Part shown: positions 32,341 to 43,623 of the stretch, in pieces | How the letters are laid out: each line of letters opens with the position of its first letter | Numbering within the stretch: the stretch's first letter is position 1 | Origin: Paramoeba atlantica | Lineage: Eukaryota; Protista; Discosea | Reading direction: 5' to 3' | DNA: 64,000 nt | Assembly: GCA_977017575.1 (NCBI GenBank) | Contig: CDRNVI010000185.1 | Location: forward strand, 1-64,000 | Position numbers and translations under genes: made by a program | The notes under the pieces: model-generated | Databases searched by the model: none | Told to the model about the DNA's origin: nothing | Seen by the model: the letters and a program-made list of their open reading frames with translations, nothing else

Positions 32341-34608
32341 ATGGACCAGGAGAATGTAGGACAACCCAAAGGGGAGAATGGTGAATGCTCAACAAGGTTT
32401 ACCTCCCCCGAAACGACGCTCACGTCCGCTGTGGTTGCGGCGGCGATTCGAAATGTTTACCATTCAACACATCTTTCCCGCCTGCTTCGTGTTCTCCCCC
32501 CGTCGCTTCGCTCGAAACCTCAAATCTTTCTCGCGCTCTCGGAGCGAAGTACGAACCCGGATGCTATACTCCGTGCGCTGCGGGAGTTAAGAGAAGCAGG
32601 CGAGAGCCCCCCGCCAGACTCGATTCCACGAATTTTGAATAAACTCCCGCCTAACTTATGGAGAGAGGCCGTGGAGGTAGTAAGGACAGTTTTGAGAAGA
32701 AGCGAGGCAAATGCACCGTCCTCTTCTTCGATTCCTTCCACTCTTCCATCCAATTGTTTTTTTCCCAACACTCCGCTTTCATTGGAATGTTTTGTAGTGT
32801 TACTGCGGCTAGCCGCTCGTGCAGGAGCGCTTTCTTTTGTAGAGAATCTCGGGAAGGATCTTTCTTTTGTCAACGGCACGGCTTCTTTATCCAGAAGTGA
32901 GCCAGAGGCTATACAGTTTCCCGAAGCATTCTTCTCTGATGCCACTCGAAGCTCCATTCGCACTTCCTTATGTGTGGCGAAGTTTACCCAAAAAGGATTA
33001 GCTCCGGAACGGAGTCCTACCCGACTGAACGTACGACGAATGGAGAAACACCGAGAGATGCGAGAAAAAGTCAATGCGGTGCTATCGCGAAACAAAACAA
33101 CAGAAAGTAGCGCATCTCAAAGTACGGAAAATATGAATTCAAGAACAGACACCACTTTTTCTTCTCTTCCGAAAAAAGAGGAGAATACGAATGAATTTAC
33201 AGCGTCTGATGTAGAATCAGAATTTGAAACTGAACTCGCTCGAGCTCAAGAAAACGCCTCGCAAACCGTGGAGCAGCGTTACGATGCGGAGCGTCGTGAA
33301 GCCCAACGTATCCACCCTGCAGTTTCGGAACTCCAACAAATGGATCGGGAACACATCCCGCTGGACCCCTCTGGTCCGCATCAAATCATCCAGGCCCTGA
33401 GGGAGCAAGGGGACTGGCCGACGGGGCTCTATCTCGTCGAGACCCGAGCGGAATTTCGTAACTCGCGCCAAGCGATTCAAGGCGTAATCCAGTCCATGGC
33501 CCGGGAGCATCAGGCCACCGCATTGATCGATTTCACGGAAATTTTACAGCGTGAAGAGGCAGGCGGAGAAAAAGAGGCAATAAATGAGGAAGAAAACGCA
33601 GGAAGAGGAGGAAAACTTGAAAAGCAGGATAAAAGCAAAGGAAACGCCCCCCCTCCTCTCCGTCGTAGTCTTGCCCTTGTGTGCTCCATGTTGCATGCAC
33701 ATTTAATGTGTAGTAATCTTCACGCCGCCTACGATATCTATTTTGAGTATATCCGACCCTTACTGTGTGCTTCCAATCAAGTTCAACCCGAAATCCGGGG
33801 GTGCTCAGCAACAGAGGAGGAAGCCGTAATGAATAGCAACTCGCCTCAACAAATCTTTCCCTCCAATTGGATGTGTTTCGGTCTCAGTCTCGCGGCCACC
33901 ATTTTAATGAAGCAACACACCCAGGCGTTGGATATTGCCCATCACATTGCCCGTGTCGCTCTCCCTGCGGTCATCGAGGAGGCAAAAAAAGCAAACGAAC
34001 AAATTAACACAGAAAAAGGAAAAAGGGAAGGGCCGGATACGGAGAGCAGTCCCAACAAAAACGAAAATCCTCCGATTTCTTCTTCCAAACAAAACGTTAC
34101 GCCTTCAACAACCTTACCCGAAGAAGAGAATTTAGATTCCATCGACGGGACAACAATCGGAAACCAATACCTCCCAGGAGAAGCAGCGGAAGAAGAAGAT
34201 TCTTCCTCCCTATCTTCACCTTCCCTATCTCCTGGATCCTATCCTAAAAAAGACGTGACCACGAGTGCCTTACTCGAGCGCTGTGGTCTCCCCGATGTTT
34301 TGCTCTTCCCGGGCTCTGAGGAGAACGCTTTAAGGGACTCTTCTTCCCCTTCGAGGGCCTCTGCTCTCTCCCCCGAGCGGTTTCTGCATAACCTCTGCGC
34401 CACCTTCGCGCGTCACGTCCACCGGGACTGGATGAAGGCGCTGCGGGAGCTCGAGAGCGTGTTCCGGGAGGCGGGGCTGCGGATCCCGGACAGCGCCCGC
34501 GCCACGTTCCTGCAGATCAGCGCCAGCTTCTCCAACGAGTCCTACCATCAGAAGAATATCTTGGATCGGTTTCTGCAAGAGGAAACCGAGGGGAGAGAGA
34601 AAAGATGA
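32341..34608 (+). CDS. N-terminally truncated copy of the 844-aa protein (755 aa)
   Basis: Starts at internal MDQENVG; otherwise nearly identical. Confidence 0.65.
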   Translation: MDQENVGQPKGENGECSTRFTSPETTLTSAVVAAAIRNVYHSTHLSRLLRVLPPSLRSKPQIFLALSERSTNPDAILRALRELREAGESPPPDSIPRILNKLPPNLWREAVEVVRTVLRRSEANAPSSSSIPSTLPSNCFFPNTPLSLECFVVLLRLAARAGALSFVENLGKDLSFVNGTASLSRSEPEAIQFPEAFFSDATRSSIRTSLCVAKFTQKGLAPERSPTRLNVRRMEKHREMREKVNAVLSRNKTTESSASQSTENMNSRTDTTFSSLPKKEENTNEFTASDVESEFETELARAQENASQTVEQRYDAERREAQRIHPAVSELQQMDREHIPLDPSGPHQIIQALREQGDWPTGLYLVETRAEFRNSRQAIQGVIQSMAREHQATALIDFTEILQREEAGGEKEAINEEENAGRGGKLEKQDKSKGNAPPPLRRSLALVCSMLHAHLMCSNLHAAYDIYFEYIRPLLCASNQVQPEIRGCSATEEEAVMNSNSPQQIFPSNWMCFGLSLAATILMKQHTQALDIAHHIARVALPAVIEEAKKANEQINTEKGKREGPDTESSPNKNENPPISSSKQNVTPSTTLPEEENLDSIDGTTIGNQYLPGEAAEEEDSSSLSSPSLSPGSYPKKDVTTSALLERCGLPDVLLFPGSEENALRDSSSPSRASALSPERFLHNLCATFARHVHRDWMKALRELESVFREAGLRIPDSARATFLQISASFSNESYHQKNILDRFLQEETEGREKR

Positions 34609-34683
34609 AGAAAAAGGGGAGGGCGTCTAAAAAATAAGAAGTCATAATTTTTTTTAGTATAAAGGTTGTAAAAAAAATCGGTA

Positions 34684-35640
34684 GTGTTTCCTCATGAAAA
34701 AGAAAACGCGGACTTTGGTAAACGAAAAGCTCTTGCGCGAAATGAAATGTACGCGACAATCGGGAGGTATACTTGTGTAGCTACTGTATCATGTGGTACG
34801 TACAAAGGTGAAGCCTATTCTTTTAGTATTGATAGTTGGCTTTTTTTGCAAGACTTAGATAGCCACATACAGAGACACCTTTTGTTTATTCCGATTTCTT
34901 TTTGCCACCTGACAAAAATGTTTGAGTTCTGTGCATTAGCCTGTGCATTACGTGCAGCTGAGGAACAATCTATAAGTCGTCCTTGTGCAGCGAAGGTGAG
35001 CTCTATTACCGTGCCGCAAGAGTACGATTTAATAAGACTTATTCAAAATATGCAGGAAAGACCCCCTAGCTGGAACACCGACACACCTGCATGCGAGTGG
35101 GAAGGCGTTGAATGCGACGAGAAGAATCAAGTTAAAGAATTCAGTTGGTGTTTTGAAAACCTAGGATTCTTAGTTTGGAAATATTTGCCACAGAGTTAAG
35201 TTTCTTTTCGCATGCAACATGGCCATCTTCGCGGTGAACTTCCCTTGGAAGTGTTTCCTCCGAACCTAACGCAAATATATTTGTATGCGAATCAGTTAAC
35301 CGGTCATCTTGACTTGCTCCAGCTCCCACCCATACTGGAGGTCTTGGATGTCGAAAAAAATCATTTCCATGGCACCGTCGATTTCTCATCACTTCCGACA
35401 ACTTTGGAGGAACTAAAGCTGTCGAGCAACAGCGAACTCGAAGGTGCGTTTGATGTGGATATGCACAGCCCTGATTTGTATTACGACTTTCTGCAAACAA
35501 ACATTACAGTCTCGGACGGATGTCGAATTCGAGAGCTCTACTTTGATGTGGATGAAGATGACGTTGATGAGTATGAAGATGAGGACGTTGATGAGGATGA
35601 AGATGAAGAGGACATGCATGTACATGATGATTTGGATTAG
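34684..35640 (+). pseudogene. LRR gene with in-frame TAA (copy 2)
   Basis: Same translated ORFs as 29234-30190. Confidence 0.75.
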
Positions 35641-36673
35641 TCCTGTACGTACTTGATGTGTGCAATTAGATTGATTGTTCAATTGTATTCGATTGATTGG
35701 CTGTGTAAATTGGAGGGGCGGGGGCCTTGTTTACTGTTAGATAAATGATTACTGTTAGATAAATGATACTGTTAGAGAAATGATTAGAAAAATACTAATA
35801 CTTCTCCGAATTTTCCTGTTAAAAGTTGATATTTGAGGGGCTGCGGGTGGCGTCCCGAGAAACCGCGGTATACGATCGGCCCCCCGAGGCCTGGTCCGAT
35901 AGTAATGTATACCTAAAAAATCTTTGATTTTAGTATTCACGTATTCATGTAGTATAGTATTTAGTAGTATTTACGTATTCGCGTATAGTATTCACGGGGT
36001 TTTCAACATTTTTCCCGCCTCTATCACCAAAAACTTGGAACAAGTAATTTATGCGCTCTAAAGAATGCCAACCATCATCAAGGAATCACATGAAGCGTTT
36101 TTTGCGCTTTCATTCTTTTTGGCAACCTATGGAGACACGCGAATACAGCTGAATGTAGCAGCTGAATGAACCATTTAAAAAAGCCTCTTGATGGTAGGTT
36201 TTTGAATTTCGTGTACTATGCCCCCCTGCTTATAAGTTCCCCCTACTCAGGTACGCTTATGAGTTCCTTTTTCTGGTGAATGCTTTTGTACCCACATTTT
36301 GCGAAGCCTTTTTTTACATGTGACAAAATGTCATAAATTTCTACTCTACGTCAGCCTGCTCTACAGGTTCGTTCACTGAGCGGATATTTGTTTTGGATCC
36401 AGTTATCATCTGGTATGCTTAAGAGTCCTTTTTCTCAAAACCGGGGAACTCATAAGCAGGGGGGGTATAGTATTTTGTTTTATTATTTTTACCCTTGCTT
36501 TCGTAAGCAGACCGATTTTTTTTTCATCACGCTTTTTTTCAGAATACTTTTTTTTATTTTTCTTAAAAGAAATTGCGCAAAAAAAAGCGGCAGATAACTA
36601 GGTACAGTAGTTCCCTTGACCGAGCAATTTATTCAACACCTCTTCCAATTTCTTTACAGCGTTTCAAAGTTCA

Positions 36674-37297
36674 ATGACTTACTCCTTTTTAATGATATGT
36701 CCGCTACGTGCATCGGATGTACACTCTTCAACGCATCCCCGGGCAGCGAAAATAAGGTCTGTTTCCGTACCGCAAGAATACAATTTGGCAAGACTTGTTG
36801 AAAGCGCAGATAAAAAGCATCGTACCTGGGACACCAACACACCTGTCTGTGAGTGGTATGGCATTGAATGTTGTGAGAAGAAACGAGTTAAAGCAATAAG
36901 CTGGCGTTTTGCAGATTTAGGATCGTTAAATTGGAAATATTTGCCGCCAAATTTAGAGTCTCTAGAGGTGATGAAAGCCCATCTTCGTGGTGAACTTCCA
37001 CTAGAGATGTTTCCCCCATCTCTCGTATACATTTATCTGTATTACAATAAGTTAACAGGTAATCTCGTCCTTTTGCGACTTCCACCTTCATTGGAGGTTT
37101 TTGACGTTCAAAGCAATCAGTTTTTTGGCATCGTAGATTTTTCGTTACTTCCAACAGGTTTGTCCGAGCTGACGCTGTCTTGGAACAGTGACCTCAAAGG
37201 TGCGTTCGATGTGGGAATGTGCAGTCCGAGTTTGAGCTACGACGTTCGGCGTACAAACATCACGGTATCGAATGGATGTTTATTTCGAGAGGTCTAG
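36674..37297 (+). CDS. Leucine-rich repeat protein (copy 2)
   Basis: Identical translation to 31224-31847. Confidence 0.8.
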   Translation: MTYSFLMICPLRASDVHSSTHPRAAKIRSVSVPQEYNLARLVESADKKHRTWDTNTPVCEWYGIECCEKKRVKAISWRFADLGSLNWKYLPPNLESLEVMKAHLRGELPLEMFPPSLVYIYLYYNKLTGNLVLLRLPPSLEVFDVQSNQFFGIVDFSLLPTGLSELTLSWNSDLKGAFDVGMCSPSLSYDVRRTNITVSNGCLFREV

Positions 37298-37790
37298 CGT
37301 GATGAGGATGATGAGTGCAATGATGAGGATTCTTTCGAAAATGATTTTTTTCAGAATTCCGCCTCGCTTGTCGTTTGGCTTGTCGTTTGGCCGTATTAAT
37401 TCGACGAGTGTAAAATGGGCATAAAATGTGAAAGAAATTCTGGGTCAAGATGGGTGAGAATGCACCAAAATAGGGTAAAATAATTTTTTTTTGGTTTCTC
37501 TGTTTCGTTTGAAAGAAACGTTGGGCATATGTTACAGGCTTTAAAAAAGTATTTTTGACTCATTTTATTCATCTGGCATGCGTTTTACTTTAATTGAGAG
37601 GGGGGGGTATATAATGCTTCTGTTCTGAAATTCGCCCCCCCCGCCCTGATCAGTTCCACAGCGCTCTTTCGGGCCGACATGGGGGCTGCGTTGGCCTGGC
37701 AGCAACAAAACGACAGAGCTGACAGCACTGGTAAATGTACTCGATACGCTTTGCCCCGGAGTAGAAAAAAGCGAAAAAAATACGCAAAGT

Positions 37791-40058
37791 ATGGACCAGG
37801 AGAATGTAGGACAACCCAAAGGGGAGAATGGTGAATGCTCAACAAGGTTTACCTCCCCCGAAACGACGCTCACGTCCGCTGTGGTTGCGGCGGCGATTCG
37901 AAATGTTTACCATTCAACACATCTTTCCCGCCTGCTTCGTGTTCTCCCCCCGTCGCTTCGCTCGAAACCTCAAATCTTTCTCGCGCTCTCGGAGCGAAGT
38001 ACGAACCCGGATGCTATACTCCGTGCGCTGCGGGAGTTAAGAGAAGCAGGCGAGAGCCCCCCGCCAGACTCGATTCCACGAATTTTGAATAAACTCCCGC
38101 CTAACTTATGGAGAGAGGCCGTGGAGGTAGTAAGGACAGTTTTGAGAAGAAGCGAGGCAAATGCACCGTCCTCTTCTTCGATTCCTTCCACTCTTCCATC
38201 CAATTGTTTTTTTCCCAACACTCCGCTTTCATTGGAATGTTTTGTAGTGTTACTGCGGCTAGCCGCTCGTGCAGGAGCGCTTTCTTTTGTAGAGAATCTC
38301 GGGAAGGATCTTTCTTTTGTCAACGGCACGGCTTCTTTATCCAGAAGTGAGCCAGAGGCTATACAGTTTCCCGAAGCATTCTTCTCTGATGCCACTCGAA
38401 GCTCCATTCGCACTTCCTTATGTGTGGCGAAGTTTACCCAAAAAGGATTAGCTCCGGAACGGAGTCCTACCCGACTGAACGTACGACGAATGGAGAAACA
38501 CCGAGAGATGCGAGAAAAAGTCAATGCGGTGCTATCGCGAAACAAAACAACAGAAAGTAGCGCATCTCAAAGTACGGAAAATATGAATTCAAGAACAGAC
38601 ACCACTTTTTCTTCTCTTCCGAAAAAAGAGGAGAATACGAATGAATTTACAGCGTCTGATGTAGAATCAGAATTTGAAACTGAACTCGCTCGAGCTCAAG
38701 AAAACGCCTCGCAAACCGTGGAGCAGCGTTACGATGCGGAGCGTCGTGAAGCCCAACGTATCCACCCTGCAGTTTCGGAACTCCAACAAATGGATCGGGA
38801 ACACATCCCGCTGGACCCCTCTGGTCCGCATCAAATCATCCAGGCCCTGAGGGAGCAAGGGGACTGGCCGACGGGGCTCTATCTCGTCGAGACCCGAGCG
38901 GAATTTCGTAACTCGCGCCAAGCGATTCAAGGCGTAATCCAGTCCATGGCCCGGGAGCATCAGGCCACCGCATTGATCGATTTCACGGAAATTTTACAGC
39001 GTGAAGAGGCAGGCGGAGAAAAAGAGGCAATAAATGAGGAAGAAAACGCAGGAAGAGGAGGAAAACTTGAAAAGCAGGATAAAAGCAAAGGAAACGCCCC
39101 CCCTCCTCTCCGTCGTAGTCTTGCCCTTGTGTGCTCCATGTTGCATGCACATTTAATGTGTAGTAATCTTCACGCCGCCTACGATATCTATTTTGAGTAT
39201 ATCCGACCCTTACTGTGTGCTTCCAATCAAGTTCAACCCGAAATCCGGGGGTGCTCAGCAACAGAGGAGGAAGCCGTAATGAATAGCAACTCGCCTCAAC
39301 AAATCTTTCCCTCCAATTGGATGTGTTTCGGTCTCAGTCTCGCGGCCACCATTTTAATGAAGCAACACACCCAGGCGTTGGATATTGCCCATCACATTGC
39401 CCGTGTCGCTCTCCCTGCGGTCATCGAGGAGGCAAAAAAAGCAAACGAACAAATTAACACAGAAAAAGGAAAAAGGGAAGGGCCGGATACGGAGAGCAGT
39501 CCCAACAAAAACGAAAATCCTCCGATTTCTTCTTCCAAACAAAACGTTACGCCTTCAACAACCTTACCCGAAGAAGAGAATTTAGATTCCATCGACGGGA
39601 CAACAATCGGAAACCAATACCTCCCAGGAGAAGCAGCGGAAGAAGAAGATTCTTCCTCCCTATCTTCACCTTCCCTATCTCCTGGATCCTATCCTAAAAA
39701 AGACGTGACCACGAGTGCCTTACTCGAGCGCTGTGGTCTCCCCGATGTTTTGCTCTTCCCGGGCTCTGAGGAGAACGCTTTAAGGGACTCTTCTTCCCCT
39801 TCGAGGGCCTCTGCTCTCTCCCCCGAGCGGTTTCTGCATAACCTCTGCGCCACCTTCGCGCGTCACGTCCACCGGGACTGGATGAAGGCGCTGCGGGAGC
39901 TCGAGAGCGTGTTCCGGGAGGCGGGGCTGCGGATCCCGGACAGCGCCCGCGCCACGTTCCTGCAGATCAGCGCCAGCTTCTCCAACGAGTCCTACCATCA
40001 GAAGAATATCTTGGATCGGTTTCTGCAAGAGGAAACCGAGGGGAGGGAGAAAAGATGA
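37791..40058 (+). CDS. N-terminally truncated 755-aa copy (unit 3)
   Basis: Identical translation to 32341-34608. Confidence 0.65.
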   Translation: MDQENVGQPKGENGECSTRFTSPETTLTSAVVAAAIRNVYHSTHLSRLLRVLPPSLRSKPQIFLALSERSTNPDAILRALRELREAGESPPPDSIPRILNKLPPNLWREAVEVVRTVLRRSEANAPSSSSIPSTLPSNCFFPNTPLSLECFVVLLRLAARAGALSFVENLGKDLSFVNGTASLSRSEPEAIQFPEAFFSDATRSSIRTSLCVAKFTQKGLAPERSPTRLNVRRMEKHREMREKVNAVLSRNKTTESSASQSTENMNSRTDTTFSSLPKKEENTNEFTASDVESEFETELARAQENASQTVEQRYDAERREAQRIHPAVSELQQMDREHIPLDPSGPHQIIQALREQGDWPTGLYLVETRAEFRNSRQAIQGVIQSMAREHQATALIDFTEILQREEAGGEKEAINEEENAGRGGKLEKQDKSKGNAPPPLRRSLALVCSMLHAHLMCSNLHAAYDIYFEYIRPLLCASNQVQPEIRGCSATEEEAVMNSNSPQQIFPSNWMCFGLSLAATILMKQHTQALDIAHHIARVALPAVIEEAKKANEQINTEKGKREGPDTESSPNKNENPPISSSKQNVTPSTTLPEEENLDSIDGTTIGNQYLPGEAAEEEDSSSLSSPSLSPGSYPKKDVTTSALLERCGLPDVLLFPGSEENALRDSSSPSRASALSPERFLHNLCATFARHVHRDWMKALRELESVFREAGLRIPDSARATFLQISASFSNESYHQKNILDRFLQEETEGREKR

Positions 40059-40133
40059 AGAAAAAGGGGAGGGGGTCTAAAAAATAAGAAGTAATAATTT
40101 TTTTTAGTATAAAGGTTGTAAAAAAAATCGGTA

Positions 40134-41090
40134 GTGTTTCCTCATGAAAAAGAAAACGCGGACTTTGGTAAACGAAAAGCTCTTGCGCGAAATGAAATGT
40201 ACGCGACAATCGGGAGGTATACTTGTGTAGCTACTGTATCATGTGGTACGTACAAAGGTGAAGCCTATTCTTTTAGTATTGATAGTTGGCTTTTTTTGCA
40301 AGACTTAGATAGCCACATACAGAGACACCTTTTGTTTATTCCGATTTCTTTTTGCCACCTGACAAAAATGTTTGAGTTCTGTGCATTAGCCTGTGCATTA
40401 CGTGCAGCTGAGGAACAATCTATAAGTCGTCCTTGTGCAGCGAAGGTGAGCTCTATTACCGTGCCGCAAGAGTACGATTTAATAAGACTTATTCAAAATA
40501 TGCAGGAAAGACCCCCTAGCTGGAACACCGACACACCTGCATGCGAGTGGGAAGGCGTTGAATGCGACGAGAAGAATCAAGTTAAAGAATTCAGTTGGTG
40601 TTTTGAAAACCTAGGATTCTTAGTTTGGAAATATTTGCCACAGAGTTAAGTTTCTTTTCGCATGCAACATGGCCATCTTCGCGGTGAACTTCCCTTGGAA
40701 GTGTTTCCTCCGAACCTAACGCAAATATATTTGTATGCGAATCAGTTAACCGGTCATCTTGACTTGCTCCAGCTCCCACCCATACTGGAGGTCTTGGATG
40801 TCGAAAAAAATCATTTCCATGGCACCGTCGATTTCTCATCACTTCCGACAACTTTGGAGGAACTAAAGCTGTCGAGCAACAGCGAACTCGAAGGTGCGTT
40901 TGATGTGGATATGCACAGCCCTGATTTGTATTACGACTTTCTGCAAACAAACATTACAGTCTCGGACGGATGTCGAATTCGAGAGCTCTACTTTGATGTG
41001 GATGAAGATGACGTTGATGAGTATGAAGATGAGGACGTTGATGAGGATGAAGATGAAGAGGACATGCATGTACATGATGATTTGGATTAG
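40134..41090 (+). pseudogene. LRR gene with in-frame TAA (copy 3)
   Basis: Same translated ORFs as copy 1. Confidence 0.75.
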
Positions 41091-41381
41091 TCCTGTACGT
41101 ACTTGATGTGTGCAATTAGATTGATTGTTCAATTGTATTCGATTGATTGGCTGTGTAAATTGGAGGGGCGGGGGCCTTGTTTACTGTTAGATAAATGATT
41201 ACTGTTAGATAAATGATACTGTTAGAGAAATGATTAGAAAAATACTAATACTTCTCCGAATTTTCCTGTTAAAAGTTGATATTTGAGGGGCTGCGGGTGG
41301 CGTCCCGAGAAACCGCGGTATACGATCGGCCCCCCGAGGCCTGGTCCGATAGTAATGTATACCTAAAAAATCTTTGATTTT

Positions 41382-42834
41382 GCCATAGGGATCCAGGGGG
41401 CAATCGCCAGAGTGGCGGCCAACTTCACAGGCACGCTGAAGGTCTGGGCGTACCTGGATGACGTCACCTTTGCTGGTGAACCCAAGGTTTGCGCGGAAGC
41501 CCTAGAGGCCCTCCGCGAGGAGCTGAAGCATCTTGGGCTACGGTTAAATACTGCTAAATGCAAAGTAGCTACCAGACGCGAGGACCTCTTCTCCGAGTTC
41601 TCCGGATCTCGCATGGTCCACTCCCCCGGGGGGGTCAAATTACTGGGGGCCTTCATCGGGGTGTCGGAGGCTAGGGAGGAAGAATGGGTGCTTTCCAAGG
41701 CCCCCAAGGTAATCTCCTTCCTGGGGAAACTCAAGGACATTAGCAGGCAATGCGCCTTGCCCCTTTTAAGACTCTGTGGGAGTCCTCGATGGAACTACAT
41801 CGTAAGGACCCACGACCCCCCGGTCACTAAAGTGGCCAATACCCAGGTCGACAAAGCCGTCCTGGCATGTGCTGAGGCCTTGCTCGGGGGGATGGGCTCC
41901 TTGGGAAAAACGCCGTTCTCCAATAACCTTTTCACGGCAGATTTCCTGGGGACCATCCCCTTCGCGCACAAGGCGGAAGACATGCAGGCCAAGGCGAAGA
42001 ACGCCCTACAGGGCCGACCCCAAGGCATGTCAGCCAAGGAACAGCGGCGCAACCTCTGTGAGGCCGCGTTGGGGAAAGCCCCGACGGCCACCCAACTGGT
42101 CTGCATGCGACAGACCCAGAACATTCACTCCACTAAGTGGATGAACGCATGGCCCAACAGGCCGGAGTATTACATGCGGGACCCGCAGTGGGAGACTGCG
42201 GCCCGTCTCCGGTACTTGGTCGCCCCCACCTCGGAACCTGAGCTCCAGTGCGTGTGCGGTGCAACCCTCCGCAATGAGGAGTTTTGCGTACACGCACTGG
42301 ATTGCAAAAAGGTTAAGGGGAAGACCCAGGCCTCCCGCCACAAGGAGGTCAAGGAAACCTTTCGAAACCTTCTTGTGCAGTATGGTTTCAAACCGGACCT
42401 ACACGAACCGAGGTTCGACAATGGACGGGGGCCCGACATATGCTTCCAGCTGGGACGGAAGACTGCCCTAGTTGATGTCACCGTGGTGAACCCATTGGCC
42501 CCGTCCTACGTGGAGAAGGAGGCCGCAGAGCCCTCTCATACCCTGAGGATGGCAGAGGCCAACAAGCGGCGCTCACACGATGAGATGGCGACCGCCCGAG
42601 GGATGGAATTTTACCCCTTGGCATTCACCACGTATGGGATCCCGGGCCCAGAGACTTTGAACTTCCTAACCAAGGTGGCCCGGGCTCACTCATCCGACAA
42701 GAACGGATGCATGTCCCACCTTCTGATGGCCATAGGGGTGGCCATCCAGAAAGGTAATGCCCAGATTGTACAGGCGGCAGTACAGGACTGGTACCGCCGC
42801 GGGGTACGAGGCTAGCTGGGCGATGGGATTAGGG

Positions 42835-42868
<34 letters not shown>
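41382..42868 (+). mobile_element. 5'-truncated RLE non-LTR retrotransposon, lineage A
   Basis: Open frame from 41382: WAYLDDV, CVCG...HALDC knuckle, RHKEV, GPDI...VDV (PD-D), EANK; 20-nt 3' UTR; poly(A) 42835-42868. Confidence 0.9.
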
Positions 42869-42871
<3 letters not shown>

Positions 42872-42990
42872 GTATACCCCCCCCCAATGGACCTACTTGG
42901 TTCGTCTACTGGGTCAAAATATAGAGGCAATGCCGCGTTTCATACTTCTCCCCCCTTATTAATCGCAAAAAAAAAAAAAAAAAAAAAAAA
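42869..42990 (+). repeat. ~100-nt 3'-terminal module T plus poly(A)
   Basis: CTCGTATACCCCCCCCAATGGACCTACTTGGTTCGTCTACTGGGTC...TTATTAATCGC(A)n; related copies at ~52828, ~53203 and ~58198. Confidence 0.85.
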
Positions 42991-43573
42991 CTCCTTTCAC
43001 GAGACCAAGCGCGAAACGATCTCCTAACAGATCTGAACGTGACGCTAATGCGTTCTCAAGCCAGGATGATGGTTTCGCGCATCCGCGTAGAGGACCCAGC
43101 GGATCCTTTGGTAGAGGCTTAAGCCTCTACTGACAGTCCAGTTTCAGCACGAAGACGCCATAATATCCAGGACGGGTGCTGGCCGGGTCGACAGAGTCTA
43201 TGCTCACGCCTAGCCCGCGAGGGCTAGGTACCCCAAGTGAGGTAGTACACGGGTAGTGAATCTCCTCCCCGTCGGCCAGCATCCTGTTTCGCGACCGTGT
43301 CGCTGTCGACACAGGCCCGCGCCTGCGCCCTCCCGTATAACAAGGGAAGGGTCCACAAGTCAGGCCGTGGAGAGGTCGAAAGACCCGGTCCGGAACGCGC
43401 GAATGGTTGAGGAGCCGCCTGCAGGCCGGGTGAGGCGAAGCTGAGGGAGACCTTACCCCCCTGAAAAGTTGAAAAGTTGGGTAGGGGAAAGCAGGAAAGT
43501 AGGGAGAAAGGTGGGAAAAGTATGTCAAGAGGTGAGAAAGAGGAGAAAGAGAGAGAAAAATTTTCTTTATTTG

Positions 43574-43604
<31 letters not shown>
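42991..43604 (+). mobile_element. 5'-truncated retroelement, lineage B (ORF end, structured 3' UTR, poly(A))
   Basis: LLTDLNVTLMRSQARMMVSRIRVEDPADPLVEA* is homologous to the C-termini of the long ORFs; poly(A) 43577-43604. Confidence 0.85.
43174..43406 (+). ncRNA. Conserved structured 3'-UTR RNA element (copy in lineage B)
   Basis: Multiple helices with compensatory changes relative to the copy at 47619-47856. Confidence 0.7.
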
Positions 43605-43623
43605 CGATAAAGATTTAAAATTT

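Larger units (their letters stand above)
32248..37697 (+). repeat. 5,450-bp tandem duplication unit 2
   Basis: Near-identical to unit 1. Confidence 0.95.

Noticed and set aside
43296-43392. Hammerhead core (CTGTCGA ... GAAA)
   Set aside because: It lacks CUGANGA, the lineage C variant loses the GA, and stem III/NUH geometry does not form.
43174-43406. HDV-like ribozyme, suggested by the terminal GCGAATGG
   Set aside because: I found no P2 partner that tracks the variable bases after TGG, and the hairpin before the putative P1 3' strand is a GNRA loop rather than an L3/P1.1 loop.
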